Below, piece by piece: positions 26,219 to 34,373 of a DNA stretch of 64,000 nucleotides (position 1 is the stretch's first letter; every line of letters begins with the position of its first letter). The translations under genes were made by a program, and so were the position numbers. The stretch is from a virus (lineage: Duplodnaviria; Heunggongvirae; Uroviricota; Caudoviricetes), in the IMG/VR virus record IMGVR_UViG_2595698869_000001, positions 107,214 through 171,213 of that record; one strand, written 5' to 3'. The notes under the pieces were generated by a model that was not told where the DNA came from, did no database searches, and saw only the letters and a list, made by a program, of their open reading frames with translations.

Positions 26219-26817
26219 GCGGTCTCCTGCTGGAGGTTAGCCGGCGCCGGGATGGCGTCGGAAAGGGCTTGCTCGACCAGGACCAGGATGTCCATGACGA
26301 GCTTGGGATTGAGGTCGGGCTCGGTGAGCGCGGCGGCCAGGGCGTTGATCCGGAACCACGTCGGGTCAGCGTGCGGGATCAGATTGAGATTGTGCAGGTG
26401 CAGCAGCGTCGAGCCGTGGGAGGCGGTCCGCTCCGAAAGCTCGCGCAGCACGCGGGCGCCGGCGAGTTGGTCGGCCAGGACCTTGATCACGCTGCCCGAG
26501 GGAGCCAGGAGCAGGCGCATCCAGTCGCCGTTCGGATCGTCGGCTTGGCGCAGGTCCGGATGGTCCAGCGTCTTGCCCCAGATCACCTCGTGCGCCTTGG
26601 CGGCCAGCGAGCGGCGGCGGCGGGCGAGGTCTTCGGCGTCCTTGGCGGCGCGCAGGCTGGAAAGCGTCGTGGCGATCAACACCGAGGGAAAGAGCGCGAC
26701 GACGAAGAACGCGGCGCGCTCAAGTGGCGAGGCGTGCGAAGCCACGATATTCATGGCCGTGCCGATCAGCACCGTCGGATAGATCAAGCCGCCGTGGCGC
26801 TGGATGAACGAGATCAT
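26215..26817 (-). CDS. membrane protein (2 predicted TM)
   Basis: First gene after cassette promoter 26873; hydrophobic N-terminal segments. Confidence 0.5.
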   Translation of the reverse strand: MISFIQRHGGLIYPTVLIGTAMNIVASHASPLERAAFFVVALFPSVLIATTLSSLRAAKDAEDLARRRRSLAAKAHEVIWGKTLDHPDLRQADDPNGDWMRLLLAPSGSVIKVLADQLAGARVLRELSERTASHGSTLLHLHNLNLIPHADPTWFRINALAAALTEPDLNPKLVMDILVLVEQALSDAIPAPANLQQETA

Positions 26818-26881
26818 GAAAAGGGCCTCCGGCGTTGTCGTCGAAGGCCCTTCTAGCGAGTCGGTGTCAGGCTGTCAACAC
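26818..26881 (-). promoter_or_regulatory. Cassette promoter + leader
   Basis: GTGTTGACAgcctgacaccgactcgCTAGAAGggccttcGACGACAACGccGGAGGcccttttcATG. Confidence 0.55.
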
Positions 26882-26894
26882 ATGTCAGCCAAGA

Positions 26895-27506
26895 TCAGGC
26901 GGCGTTCGTCACCAGGGTTTCCAGGCGATCAAAGCCCAGATCGAGGCGACCCCACATCGACGAGGGCGTATGCGGCTTGACCACCTCGGTGAACCGCGCG
27001 CGCTCCTTCAGATACATGCGGGCCATGGGGATGTTCGGCTGGCCGGTCGCCGGGTCCTTGATCGAGGCCTCGACATTGGCGATCCGGTCGGCGAGCTTGA
27101 GGATGCAGGCCTTGGGGTGCTCGCCCAGCTTGCGATAGATGTCCTCGTTGCGGGCCTTGCGGTTGGGGCCAATGCCCGAGACCGCCCAGACCAGCGCTGC
27201 GACGTCCTCGCCGAACTTTTCCTTGATCATCTCCAGCCGCTGCTCGGGCGTCATGTCGAGATGGGTGTCCTCGATCACGTCGTGCAGCTTGGCGGCGGCC
27301 GTCCAGGTAAAGCCCAGGAAGCCGTAGTCGTCGAGGATGCGCTCGACCTTCTGGAGATGGTAGAGATAGGGCTGGCCGGCGTACTGCTGGTCCCCGTGGG
27401 CGGCGATGGCGAATTCCGTCGGGTCTTCCTGGCGCAGCGGCGCGCCCGGCGCCGTCGGAAGGCCCGTCAGGATGGAGGCGAGTTGGTCGAGCGAGGCGTC
27501 AGACAT
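26895..27506 (-). CDS. HD-domain phosphohydrolase, small alarmone hydrolase (Mesh1/SpoT-like) candidate
   Basis: AIAAHGDQQYAGQPYLYHL...AAKLHDVIEDT matches (p)ppGpp hydrolase HD signature. Confidence 0.6.
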   Translation of the reverse strand: MSDASLDQLASILTGLPTAPGAPLRQEDPTEFAIAAHGDQQYAGQPYLYHLQKVERILDDYGFLGFTWTAAAKLHDVIEDTHLDMTPEQRLEMIKEKFGEDVAALVWAVSGIGPNRKARNEDIYRKLGEHPKACILKLADRIANVEASIKDPATGQPNIPMARMYLKERARFTEVVKPHTPSSMWGRLDLGFDRLETLVTNAA

Positions 27507-27912
27507 GGGGCTTCTCGGAGATCGGGGTGAAGACTTCCAGGCCGTCGACGATCTGCATCAGATGCGTCGGCGGGTGGGCGGGATTGTAGCGGATGTAGCC
27601 GGCGAGGCCGCCGTCGATCATCGCCCCGCCCCGCTCCTTGTAGTCGTGCCGGAAGCGCGAGACCAGGAATGAGCCGTCGGGCATCTCGATCGCCGAGAAC
27701 TGGGCCTGTCGGATCGAGGCCGCCGAGGTGATGTAGAGCCCGCCGCCCAGCGGATGGGTGAAGAGCCCGAAGTAGTTGTCGTGGCCCTTCTCGCGATCCG
27801 GCGTCTCGGTGTAGAAGACGTGGAACGGCCCCTCGCGGTCGGGCAGGTCGTAATAGCCGACGTACTTGGCGTTGTAGTGCTTTTCGGCCCCGGCGATGTT
27901 GATGCTGCTCAT
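27499..27912 (-). CDS. hypothetical protein (137 aa)
   Basis: GAGGG SD; ATGA overlap with HNH gene. Confidence 0.5.
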   Translation of the reverse strand: MSSINIAGAEKHYNAKYVGYYDLPDREGPFHVFYTETPDREKGHDNYFGLFTHPLGGGLYITSAASIRQAQFSAIEMPDGSFLVSRFRHDYKERGGAMIDGGLAGYIRYNPAHPPTHLMQIVDGLEVFTPISEKPHV

Positions 27913-28412
27913 GCGACCCTCAGGAATTCTCCCCAGGCGGGGAGGGCGTGCTTCAGATAGGCGGCGTGCGCCTCGTCCGGCGTCGTGTAGCACCCGAGAT
28001 AGCGGTACACCCCGTTGATCGTGACCTGGGCCTGGAACGGCTTCGTCTTGCTCCGGCTCTTGGTCACGCCCTTGGGAAGCGCGCCGACGTTCGGGCGGTT
28101 CACGAGGTTCTGGGACCGCGTCGCCTTCCGGAGGTTCTTGATCCGATTGTTGCGTCGGTTCAAGTCCTTGTGGTCGACATCGTGATCGGGCATCACCCCG
28201 TGGTGGATCGCCCAGGCCACCTTGTGGGCGGCGATTTGAATTCGCCGGCCGCCATAGGAGACCTTCATCACCCGATAGCCGTCCTTGGTCACCGAGCCGC
28301 AGCGCTTGCGGGACTTGGAGCCCCGCACGGTGATGGCGCCGGTGGCGGGATCGTACTTGTAGCGCGCCCGGAGGAAGTCGACCGGGATCGAAAACTCTGC
28401 ATCCCCCGACAT
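27909..28412 (-). CDS. HNH homing endonuclease with AP2-like DNA-binding domain
   Basis: AHKVAWAIHHGVMPDHDVDHKDLNRRNNRIKNLRKATRSQN (HNH_3); C-terminal GVYRYLGCYTTPDEAHAAY (AP2). Confidence 0.7.
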   Translation of the reverse strand: MSGDAEFSIPVDFLRARYKYDPATGAITVRGSKSRKRCGSVTKDGYRVMKVSYGGRRIQIAAHKVAWAIHHGVMPDHDVDHKDLNRRNNRIKNLRKATRSQNLVNRPNVGALPKGVTKSRSKTKPFQAQVTINGVYRYLGCYTTPDEAHAAYLKHALPAWGEFLRVA

Positions 28413-28416
28413 AGGA

Positions 28417-28656
28417 TTAGTCCTTCTGGGCGTGCCGCTTGAAGAGGAGGTAGAAGCCGTAGGCGACGAGCACCGGAATCCAGAGCAGGATCAGGGCCAC
28501 GGTCTGACCGAGGGTCATGAAGAAGAACGCGGCCTTCCAGTCGTTGTTGTACTGGTTGTCGCGCACCGCGTGGACTTTCGGATAGTCGATCGCATAACGG
28601 TAGCCGGCCCGCGCGAGACCCAGCAGCATCCCGATGATGAAGTAGAGATCGGTCAT
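28417..28656 (-). CDS. small membrane protein
   Basis: GGAGAAG SD; two hydrophobic segments. Confidence 0.45.
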   Translation of the reverse strand: MTDLYFIIGMLLGLARAGYRYAIDYPKVHAVRDNQYNNDWKAAFFFMTLGQTVALILLWIPVLVAYGFYLLFKRHAQKD

Positions 28657-28659
28657 GGC

Positions 28660-28926
28660 TTACTTCTCCGAGGCCTCGATCATCTTCTGGACGCCGGCGT
28701 TCAGCTTCTTGCGCAGGACCCAGAAGACCGGAATCCAGAACAGGGCGAACAGGCTGGCGGGCCAGAGGGCGCCGAGGACCAGACCGGTGATGAAGACGAA
28801 CCAGCCGTAGATACCGAATTCGTCGAGGGTTCTGATCCCCACCTCGCGGACGAAGGTCGGGACGATGGTCGCGCCGGCGACCCACCATCCGATGGCCAGG
28901 AAAAGGCCGACGAGCCAGTAGAACAT
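28660..28926 (-). CDS. small membrane protein
   Basis: GAAGGAAC SD; Trp-rich hydrophobic helices. Confidence 0.45.
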   Translation of the reverse strand: MFYWLVGLFLAIGWWVAGATIVPTFVREVGIRTLDEFGIYGWFVFITGLVLGALWPASLFALFWIPVFWVLRKKLNAGVQKMIEASEK

Positions 28927-29228
28927 CAGGGTTGTTCCTTCTCAAGACCCACGTCAGGGTCGTATTTCAGGATGACGCCGTCCTCGTTACGGTGCTCCAT
29001 CAGCGGGAACCCCGAGACGAACTGCGGCACGAAGAGGTCGCGGCGCGGCTGCTGGAGCCAGATCAGGCCGGTCTCGGCGACCACCGCGCGCTCGGCCGGG
29101 GTAAGCTCCCAGCAGGAGATCACGCCCTCGGGGCCGGTGTAGGTGTGGAGCGGCGCGACCGTGTCCTCGTTCCCCGGAGCGGGGTTCCAGACCTTGTTGG
29201 CGCCGGCGAAATTACGAGGAACGGCCAT
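28926..29228 (-). CDS. hypothetical protein
   Basis: TGATG coupling; high GC3. Confidence 0.45.
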   Translation of the reverse strand: MAVPRNFAGANKVWNPAPGNEDTVAPLHTYTGPEGVISCWELTPAERAVVAETGLIWLQQPRRDLFVPQFVSGFPLMEHRNEDGVILKYDPDVGLEKEQP

Positions 29229-29463
29229 CGGCGTTCTTGCCCTTGTTGACGAAATACCAGATCGCCAGGGCGATCAGGAAGCCGGGGACGCCCAGCGGCC
29301 ATGCGATGGCCATGCCCAGCGCGGTGAAGAAGCCCAGCGCCACCGCGCCCGCCGCGTCGGCGAGCTTCAGGACCCCGTTGCGGCTTTCGTGCTTGATCGT
29401 CCAGATGGTCGCAACAAGGCCGCTGACCACGCCCAGGATGATCGAGAAGATGATGTAATTCAA
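29212..29463 (-). CDS. small membrane protein (TTG start, uncertain)
   Basis: Hydrophobic tail of ORF 29212..29796; no ATG in frame. Confidence 0.35.
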   Translation of the reverse strand: MNYIIFSIILGVVSGLVATIWTIKHESRNGVLKLADAAGAVALGFFTALGMAIAWPLGVPGFLIALAIWYFVNKGKNADGRSS

Positions 29464-29843
29464 AGCAGACCCGCCGCCTGCTTGGCGGCCTCCTTGGCGC
29501 GGACCTTGTCGGGAGACAGGCTCTTCACGCGGTTGATCTCGTCGGCCTCGCAGCCGTCGGCGCTGATGCCGAGATTTTCGCAGAGGGTGTAGAGTGACAG
29601 CAGCAGCCCGCCGACCTCTTCCTTGACCTCGCCGACCGGGCGGCTGTAGGTCCAGTGCGCCTGCCGGATCACGTCCTCCAGGCTCAGGCCCTGGGTCTGG
29701 ACGAGTTCCATGCACTCCTCCAGGGTGCGGAAGGCCTGGATGCGTCGGTTGAAGACGCGGCCCGTCAGGACCTCCTCGACCCACTTCCAGCACCACGTCT
29801 GGCGCTTGGCCCGGTGCTCATGACAGGCGTCGACCTCGGTCAC
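29460..29843 (-). CDS. MazG-like nucleotide pyrophosphohydrolase
   Basis: EEVGGLLLSLYTLCENLGISADGCEADEI resembles MazG EExxE/GDLL core; GGAGAAA SD + GTG. Confidence 0.45.
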   Translation of the reverse strand: MTEVDACHEHRAKRQTWCWKWVEEVLTGRVFNRRIQAFRTLEECMELVQTQGLSLEDVIRQAHWTYSRPVGEVKEEVGGLLLSLYTLCENLGISADGCEADEINRVKSLSPDKVRAKEAAKQAAGLL

Positions 29844-29986
29844 GATTTTCTCCAGTCGAACAGCGCCCAGAAGGCTTGGCGGGTGTCCCTGGTCCAGGAC
29901 CAGGGACGGATCGCCAGGATGGAAAGGACGAGGGCGGCGGCGAGATAGATCAGCGCCGCCCGCGCCACGATGTCGAGGAATCCCAT
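29840..29986 (-). CDS. tiny membrane protein (48 aa), not in ORF track
   Basis: GAAGGG SD + ATG; MGFLDIVARAALIYLAAALVLSILAI; stop overlaps next GTG (GTGA). Confidence 0.35.
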   Translation of the reverse strand: MGFLDIVARAALIYLAAALVLSILAIRPWSWTRDTRQAFWALFDWRKS

Positions 29987-29989
29987 GGC

Positions 29990-31222
29990 CTAGCCCTTCA
30001 CGCAGAGGACTTGCTTGAGGGTGTGGACGATGTCCACGAGGTCCTTCTGGGCCTCCATGACCGCGTCGATGTCCTTGTAGGCCATCGGGATTTCGTCGAT
30101 CACGCCGGCGTCCTTGCGGCACTCCACGCCCTCGGTGGCCTTGATCTGGTCCTCCAGAGTGAAGGTCGCCTTGGCCTGGGTCCGCGACATCGTCCGGCCC
30201 GCGCCGTGCGAGCACGAGCAGAACGAGTCCGCATTGCCCTTGCCGCGCACGATGTAGGACTTGGCCCCCATCGAGCCGGGGATGATCCCGAACTGGTCCT
30301 TCTGCGCCGACACCGCGCCCTTGCGGGTCACGAAGACCCACTCGTCGAAGTGGAATTCCTTCTGGACGTAGTTGTGGTGGCAGTTCACCGCTTCCTTGTC
30401 CGTCTTGAACGGCGGCAGGCCCGACGCCCGCATGGCCTCCAGGACCCGGACCATCATCATCTCGCGGTTGATCCGCGCGAAGTCCTGGCCCCAGGCGACG
30501 GCTTCCACGTAGTCGTGGAACTCCGGCTCGCCTTCGCAGAGCCAAGCAAGGTCCTTGTCCAGCGGCTTGCGCCCGTCACGGCGCAGCATCATCTCCTTGG
30601 CCTTCTCGATGAAGATGCGGCCGATGGTGTTGCCGACGCCGCGCGAGCCCGAGTGGAGCATCACCCAGACGCGCTGATCCTCGTCGAGGCAGACCTCGAT
30701 GAAGTGGTTGCCGCCGCCCAGGGTGCCCAGTTGGACCACGCTGTTGGCGTTCTTCAGCGCCGGGTACTTCTCGCAGAGCTTGTCGAACCGCGCCTCCAGG
30801 CCCGAATCGACCCACTTGCGCAGGATCGAGTTGGGGATGCCGCTGCGCCCGTTCCAGCCGCCCGACGGACCCGGCCCGCCGTGCGGGACGGCGTGCTCGA
30901 TCAGCGAGCGAAGCTTGGACAGGCTGTCGGGGAGGTCCGACGCGGTCAGGCTGGTGCGGACCGCCATCATGCCGCAGCCGATGTCGACGCCGACGGCGGC
31001 CGGGATGATCGCGCCCTTGGTCGGGATCACCGAGCCCACGGTCGAGCCGATGCCCATGTGGACATCCGGCATCAGGGCGACGTGCGAGTGGATGAAGGGC
31101 AAGGCCGCGAGGTTGTGGGCCTGGACCTGAGCCGGTTGCTCGAAGTTCACGCCGCGAACCCAGGCCTTGATCACCCCGCCATTCCAGCCGTTGATCTCTT
31201 CGTAATGGGTCTCGGCGGACAC
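29990..31222 (-). CDS. rtcB: RtcB-family RNA ligase
   Basis: VGVDIGCGM, GGGNHFIE, CHHNYV, CSHGAGR metal/GTP-binding blocks; AAGGAG SD + GTG. Confidence 0.8.
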   Translation of the reverse strand: MSAETHYEEINGWNGGVIKAWVRGVNFEQPAQVQAHNLAALPFIHSHVALMPDVHMGIGSTVGSVIPTKGAIIPAAVGVDIGCGMMAVRTSLTASDLPDSLSKLRSLIEHAVPHGGPGPSGGWNGRSGIPNSILRKWVDSGLEARFDKLCEKYPALKNANSVVQLGTLGGGNHFIEVCLDEDQRVWVMLHSGSRGVGNTIGRIFIEKAKEMMLRRDGRKPLDKDLAWLCEGEPEFHDYVEAVAWGQDFARINREMMMVRVLEAMRASGLPPFKTDKEAVNCHHNYVQKEFHFDEWVFVTRKGAVSAQKDQFGIIPGSMGAKSYIVRGKGNADSFCSCSHGAGRTMSRTQAKATFTLEDQIKATEGVECRKDAGVIDEIPMAYKDIDAVMEAQKDLVDIVHTLKQVLCVKG

Positions 31223-31288
31223 GGCGGGCTCCTTCTGTGGTGTCGTGATTTACGACTTTTGACCATGCTCCTCGGACGGTGTCAACAC
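31223..31288 (-). promoter_or_regulatory. Cassette promoter (variant leader GACACCACAGAAGGAG) for rtcB
   Basis: GTGTTGACAccgtccgaggagcatggTCAAAAGtcgtaaatcacGACACCACAGAAGGAGcccgccGTG. Confidence 0.5.
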
Positions 31289-31465
31289 TTCTTCAACGGC
31301 GGTGATCTGAATTTGCAGCAGACTGGCCGCCGGGTGGCTGGGCGGAAGAAGCGCCTCGGCCTGTTTCATCGCGTCCAGGGTGTCTTCCAGCGCGGCGCGG
31401 AAGGTGTTGCGCTGCTCGGTGGTGGCGCGGACGGCGGAGGGAAATTCGAAGATCATGGGGATCAC
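31250..31465 (-). CDS. possible small protein (68-71 aa) whose 3' end contains the rtcB promoter
   Basis: Good GC3 in first two thirds; AGGT upstream of ATG. Confidence 0.35.
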   Translation of the reverse strand: MIPMIFEFPSAVRATTEQRNTFRAALEDTLDAMKQAEALLPPSHPAASLLQIQITAVEEVLTPSEEHGQKS

Positions 31466-31480
31466 CTTGAGGGGTACGCC

Positions 31481-31515
31481 AAAACGAAAAACGCCGGCGA
31501 GGATGGCTCGCCGGC
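31481..31515 (-). terminator. Rho-independent terminator after SPFH operon
   Basis: minus strand AAACGCCGGCGAGccatcCTCGCCGGCGTTTTTCGTTTT. Confidence 0.65.
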
Positions 31516-31550
31516 GTTTCCTAGTCCAGGGCGGGGCTAGAGCCGCCGCC

Positions 31551-32384
31551 TTACTTCACGTTGATGAACGGAATCGCGCCGGCACCCATGGTCGAGGGCA
31601 GGTGGCCGTCCCATTTGTCGATCGCCCGCAGTTGGGCGACTTCCGGCGACGAGCGAACCGATTCAGCCAGCAGACGGTTGGCCTCGGCGGTGCCGCGCGC
31701 TTCTTCGATCTTGGCGTCAGCCTCGGCCTTGGACACCTGCACCCGCGCCTGGGCGGCCACGGTGTCGGCGTCGGCCTTGGTCTTGGCCTGGATCGAGTCG
31801 AGGATCACCTGCGGATAGCGGATGGCTCCGATCCAGTCGAGTTGGCTGATCGTCACGCCTTCCTTGGACCATTTGCGCTGCACCGTGGCGAGCGCCTTCT
31901 GGATCACGGCCTGCCGCCCGCCCTTGTAGAGGTACTCGACCGACACGAGTTCGGTTTCCTTGGCGATCGCCGAGCGGACGTCGTTGCGGATCGGCCCTTC
32001 GAACAGTTGATCGAAGGTCAGGCGGTACTTCTTGTACAGCGCCGGAGCGGCGGCCGATTCGACGCGCATGACGAGTTGGACGTCAGCGGTCATCGGCAGG
32101 GCGTTGTTGTCCGAGAACGTGACTTCTTCGTTCTCGGCGCCGCGCTCGTCGGTCTCGCGGGTGTAGGTGTAGGTGCGCTGGATCGCCGGGTAGTCGACGA
32201 TCTTCTCGCCCAGGCCGTTGAAGTGCATGCCCGAGGCCAGCGGCGTCGGATCGACGCCCGAGCCGCCCATGGTGCGAATCTTCACACCGATATTGCCCGG
32301 CTCGACGGTATGGAAACCGCAGGCCGACATGGTCGCCGCCATGCCCATCAGGGCGACGGCGGTCAGGAAGGACTTAATTTTCAA
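31551..32384 (-). CDS. SPFH/band-7 (prohibitin/HflC-like) domain lipoprotein
   Basis: Lipobox MGMAATMSAC; SPFH-like core; AAGGAG SD + TTG. Confidence 0.6.
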   Translation of the reverse strand: MKIKSFLTAVALMGMAATMSACGFHTVEPGNIGVKIRTMGGSGVDPTPLASGMHFNGLGEKIVDYPAIQRTYTYTRETDERGAENEEVTFSDNNALPMTADVQLVMRVESAAAPALYKKYRLTFDQLFEGPIRNDVRSAIAKETELVSVEYLYKGGRQAVIQKALATVQRKWSKEGVTISQLDWIGAIRYPQVILDSIQAKTKADADTVAAQARVQVSKAEADAKIEEARGTAEANRLLAESVRSSPEVAQLRAIDKWDGHLPSTMGAGAIPFINVK

Positions 32385-32724
32385 GGGGTTGCTCCTTGCT
32401 TTGTTTCGGGGATTTGTGGAACGCTTTTGCGATGTCGCCAGCCAGCTTCATCGCGAACATCACGACCGTCGGCAGGCCCACGAACAGGACCGCGAAGGCC
32501 GCGAACGAGGCGCCGAGGAAGTGGGCTTCGGTGAGGGTCCAGGCAAAGCCCATGATGACCAGCGCGCCGGCCATGATCACGAGCATCGGATAGACCGAGA
32601 GGCGGTAGAAGAGCCCCGGAAGGCGCTTGTCCTTGAGGGCCGCGCTGGGACCGCCCAAGGCGTTCACCAGGAAGAAGACCATCAGGATCAGATAGATCGG
32701 GAAGAGCGGAAGGAAGAGCCTCAT
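32374..32724 (-). CDS. membrane protein, possible SPFH partner (NfeD-like)
   Basis: Three hydrophobic helices; ATGA overlap upstream, overlaps SPFH start. Confidence 0.5.
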   Translation of the reverse strand: MRLFLPLFPIYLILMVFFLVNALGGPSAALKDKRLPGLFYRLSVYPMLVIMAGALVIMGFAWTLTEAHFLGASFAAFAVLFVGLPTVVMFAMKLAGDIAKAFHKSPKQSKEQPLEN

Positions 32725-33458
32725 TGGGCGCGGCCTTTCAGGAGTTCGTTGACGCGATTGCGCAGGCTGTCGACCTTGTCCTGGCCCCCGAGGATGTCGG
32801 CGAGCAGGGTTTCGTCGACGCGGCTGAGCGCCCAGGCGAGATCGACCATCAGCGTCGTCTTCTGCTCGGTCGCGATGGCGACCTGCTCCTCGATCGCCTC
32901 GACGATCGCGGTGACGAGGACTTCCTGGCGCACGCGCCAGCAGCCGTCGTCGCCGGCATAGAACCAAGTCGAGATGATGTTGTCGGCGCGGCTGTTGTCG
33001 GCGATCTTGCGGGCGGCGTGGTAGGGGCCGTCATCGCGGCCGAGCACCGTGCCCAGGGCCAGGGCCGCCTCGATGTCCCTGAACCGGTTGGCGACCATGG
33101 GGAACCACGACTCGCGGTCCTTGAAGTCGTCGCGGGCGTTCTGGATGATCTGGAGGATCAGGGCCACGCGCTTGTCCGAGATCGGCCGGTCCTCGACCAG
33201 CCGGCGGGACGCCCACTTGACGCGTTCGAGTGGCGTGACCACCACCGGCGCGCCGGCGTTGAGCAGCAGCTTGGCGACCTCGTTCTCGTAGGACTCGTAC
33301 TCGCGGCAGCGCGCTTCCAGGCGACGGATCGTGGCGCGGTCCTCGATCGCCTGCTTGGTCATGTCGTCCATGGCCTCGGTGGCTTCCCGAAGTTGCTCCT
33401 CCAGGGCCGCCACGCGCTGAACGACGCCGAGCGCCAGAGTTTCGGTCGCGTCGGGCAT
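32721..33458 (-). CDS. hypothetical protein (245 aa), coiled-coil N-terminus
   Basis: Real part of ORF 32721..33806; TGATG coupling. Confidence 0.5.
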   Translation of the reverse strand: MPDATETLALGVVQRVAALEEQLREATEAMDDMTKQAIEDRATIRRLEARCREYESYENEVAKLLLNAGAPVVVTPLERVKWASRRLVEDRPISDKRVALILQIIQNARDDFKDRESWFPMVANRFRDIEAALALGTVLGRDDGPYHAARKIADNSRADNIISTWFYAGDDGCWRVRQEVLVTAIVEAIEEQVAIATEQKTTLMVDLAWALSRVDETLLADILGGQDKVDSLRNRVNELLKGRAQ

Positions 33459-33745
33459 CAGGCCGCGAGCCCGCGCTGCTTCAAGGCGACGATCTGCTCG
33501 ATCTCCTTGAGGATGTGGTCCGACAGGCGGTCGGTCCGTTCCTTGATGCCGGCGGGGACGCCGATCTTGCACTGACCGATCTCGTGCAGGCGGTCGGAGA
33601 CGGCCTTCAGGTCGATCAGGGTGTCGCTGATCAGCACCTCGGCGAGGCCGATGGCCTCGGTCTGGATGGCGGCGATCCGCTGGGCGGTGGTCTGCGCCGA
33701 TTGGCCCGCGACGAGGGCCAGGGCGGCGTTGTTCTTCTGGGTCAT
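33458..33745 (-). CDS. hypothetical protein (95 aa)
   Basis: First gene after cassette promoter 33798. Confidence 0.5.
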   Translation of the reverse strand: MTQKNNAALALVAGQSAQTTAQRIAAIQTEAIGLAEVLISDTLIDLKAVSDRLHEIGQCKIGVPAGIKERTDRLSDHILKEIEQIVALKQRGLAA

Positions 33746-33806
33746 GGGGTCTCCTTCGTTGTCGTCGGGCGTGACTTCTAGTTGGGTTCCTGGAGGCTGT
33801 CAACAC
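33746..33806 (-). promoter_or_regulatory. Cassette promoter + leader
   Basis: GTGTTGACAgcctccaggaacccaaCTAGAAGtcacgcccGACGACAACGAAGGAGacccc. Confidence 0.55.
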
Positions 33807-34068
33807 TTTCGCTCACCGGCGCGGCGCCGTAGTGCGCGACCAGGACAAGCCGGGCGCCGCAGGCGACCAGCGCGCCGCGCGCGTCGTAGATCAGCCGTCC
33901 GGCCTCCTCGCCGTTCTTGTCCAGGATGATGGCCTCCCTGGCGTAGGTCGGCTTGCCGCTCTTGCCCCGCTGGATGCGGATCGGAGGATCATCCGTGCCG
34001 CGCTTGGTGTTGCGGTCGATGACCTGCCGGTTGATGTTGAGGACGCAGGTCTTGCGGGTGATCTTCAT
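33778..34068 (-). CDS. hypothetical protein (96 aa)
   Basis: ATGA overlap; real C-terminal part of ORF 33778..34281. Confidence 0.45.
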   Translation of the reverse strand: MKITRKTCVLNINRQVIDRNTKRGTDDPPIRIQRGKSGKPTYAREAIILDKNGEEAGRLIYDARGALVACGARLVLVAHYGAAPVSESVDSLQEPN

Positions 34069-34373
34069 TTGGCGGCGGCCTCCATCCTGAGGGTGATGAT
34101 TTCCTGGCGCAGGCGCTCGTTCTCGCTCCGCATCCGTTCGAGAGGATCGGTGATCGCCCGGACGCGCGCGTCGATCAGGGCCTTCTCCTCGGGCGAGCGC
34201 CACTGGTAGCCGTGATAGAGGGCGCTCAGCAGGTTGACCTTGCCGCTGCCGGCGACGATCTTGCCCCGCGTCTTGAGCCATTCCGCCGCCGCCGCCTCAT
34301 GCAGGAGCCAGGGCGTGGGATGCAGGGGAAGCAGGCGCGCCGGGATCGGCGCGCCATGGTGGTCCAGGATCAA
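34065..34373 (-). CDS. hypothetical protein (TTG start)
   Basis: AAGGAG + 7 nt + TTG, TTGA overlap; high GC3. Confidence 0.45.
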   Translation of the reverse strand: MILDHHGAPIPARLLPLHPTPWLLHEAAAAEWLKTRGKIVAGSGKVNLLSALYHGYQWRSPEEKALIDARVRAITDPLERMRSENERLRQEIITLRMEAAAK

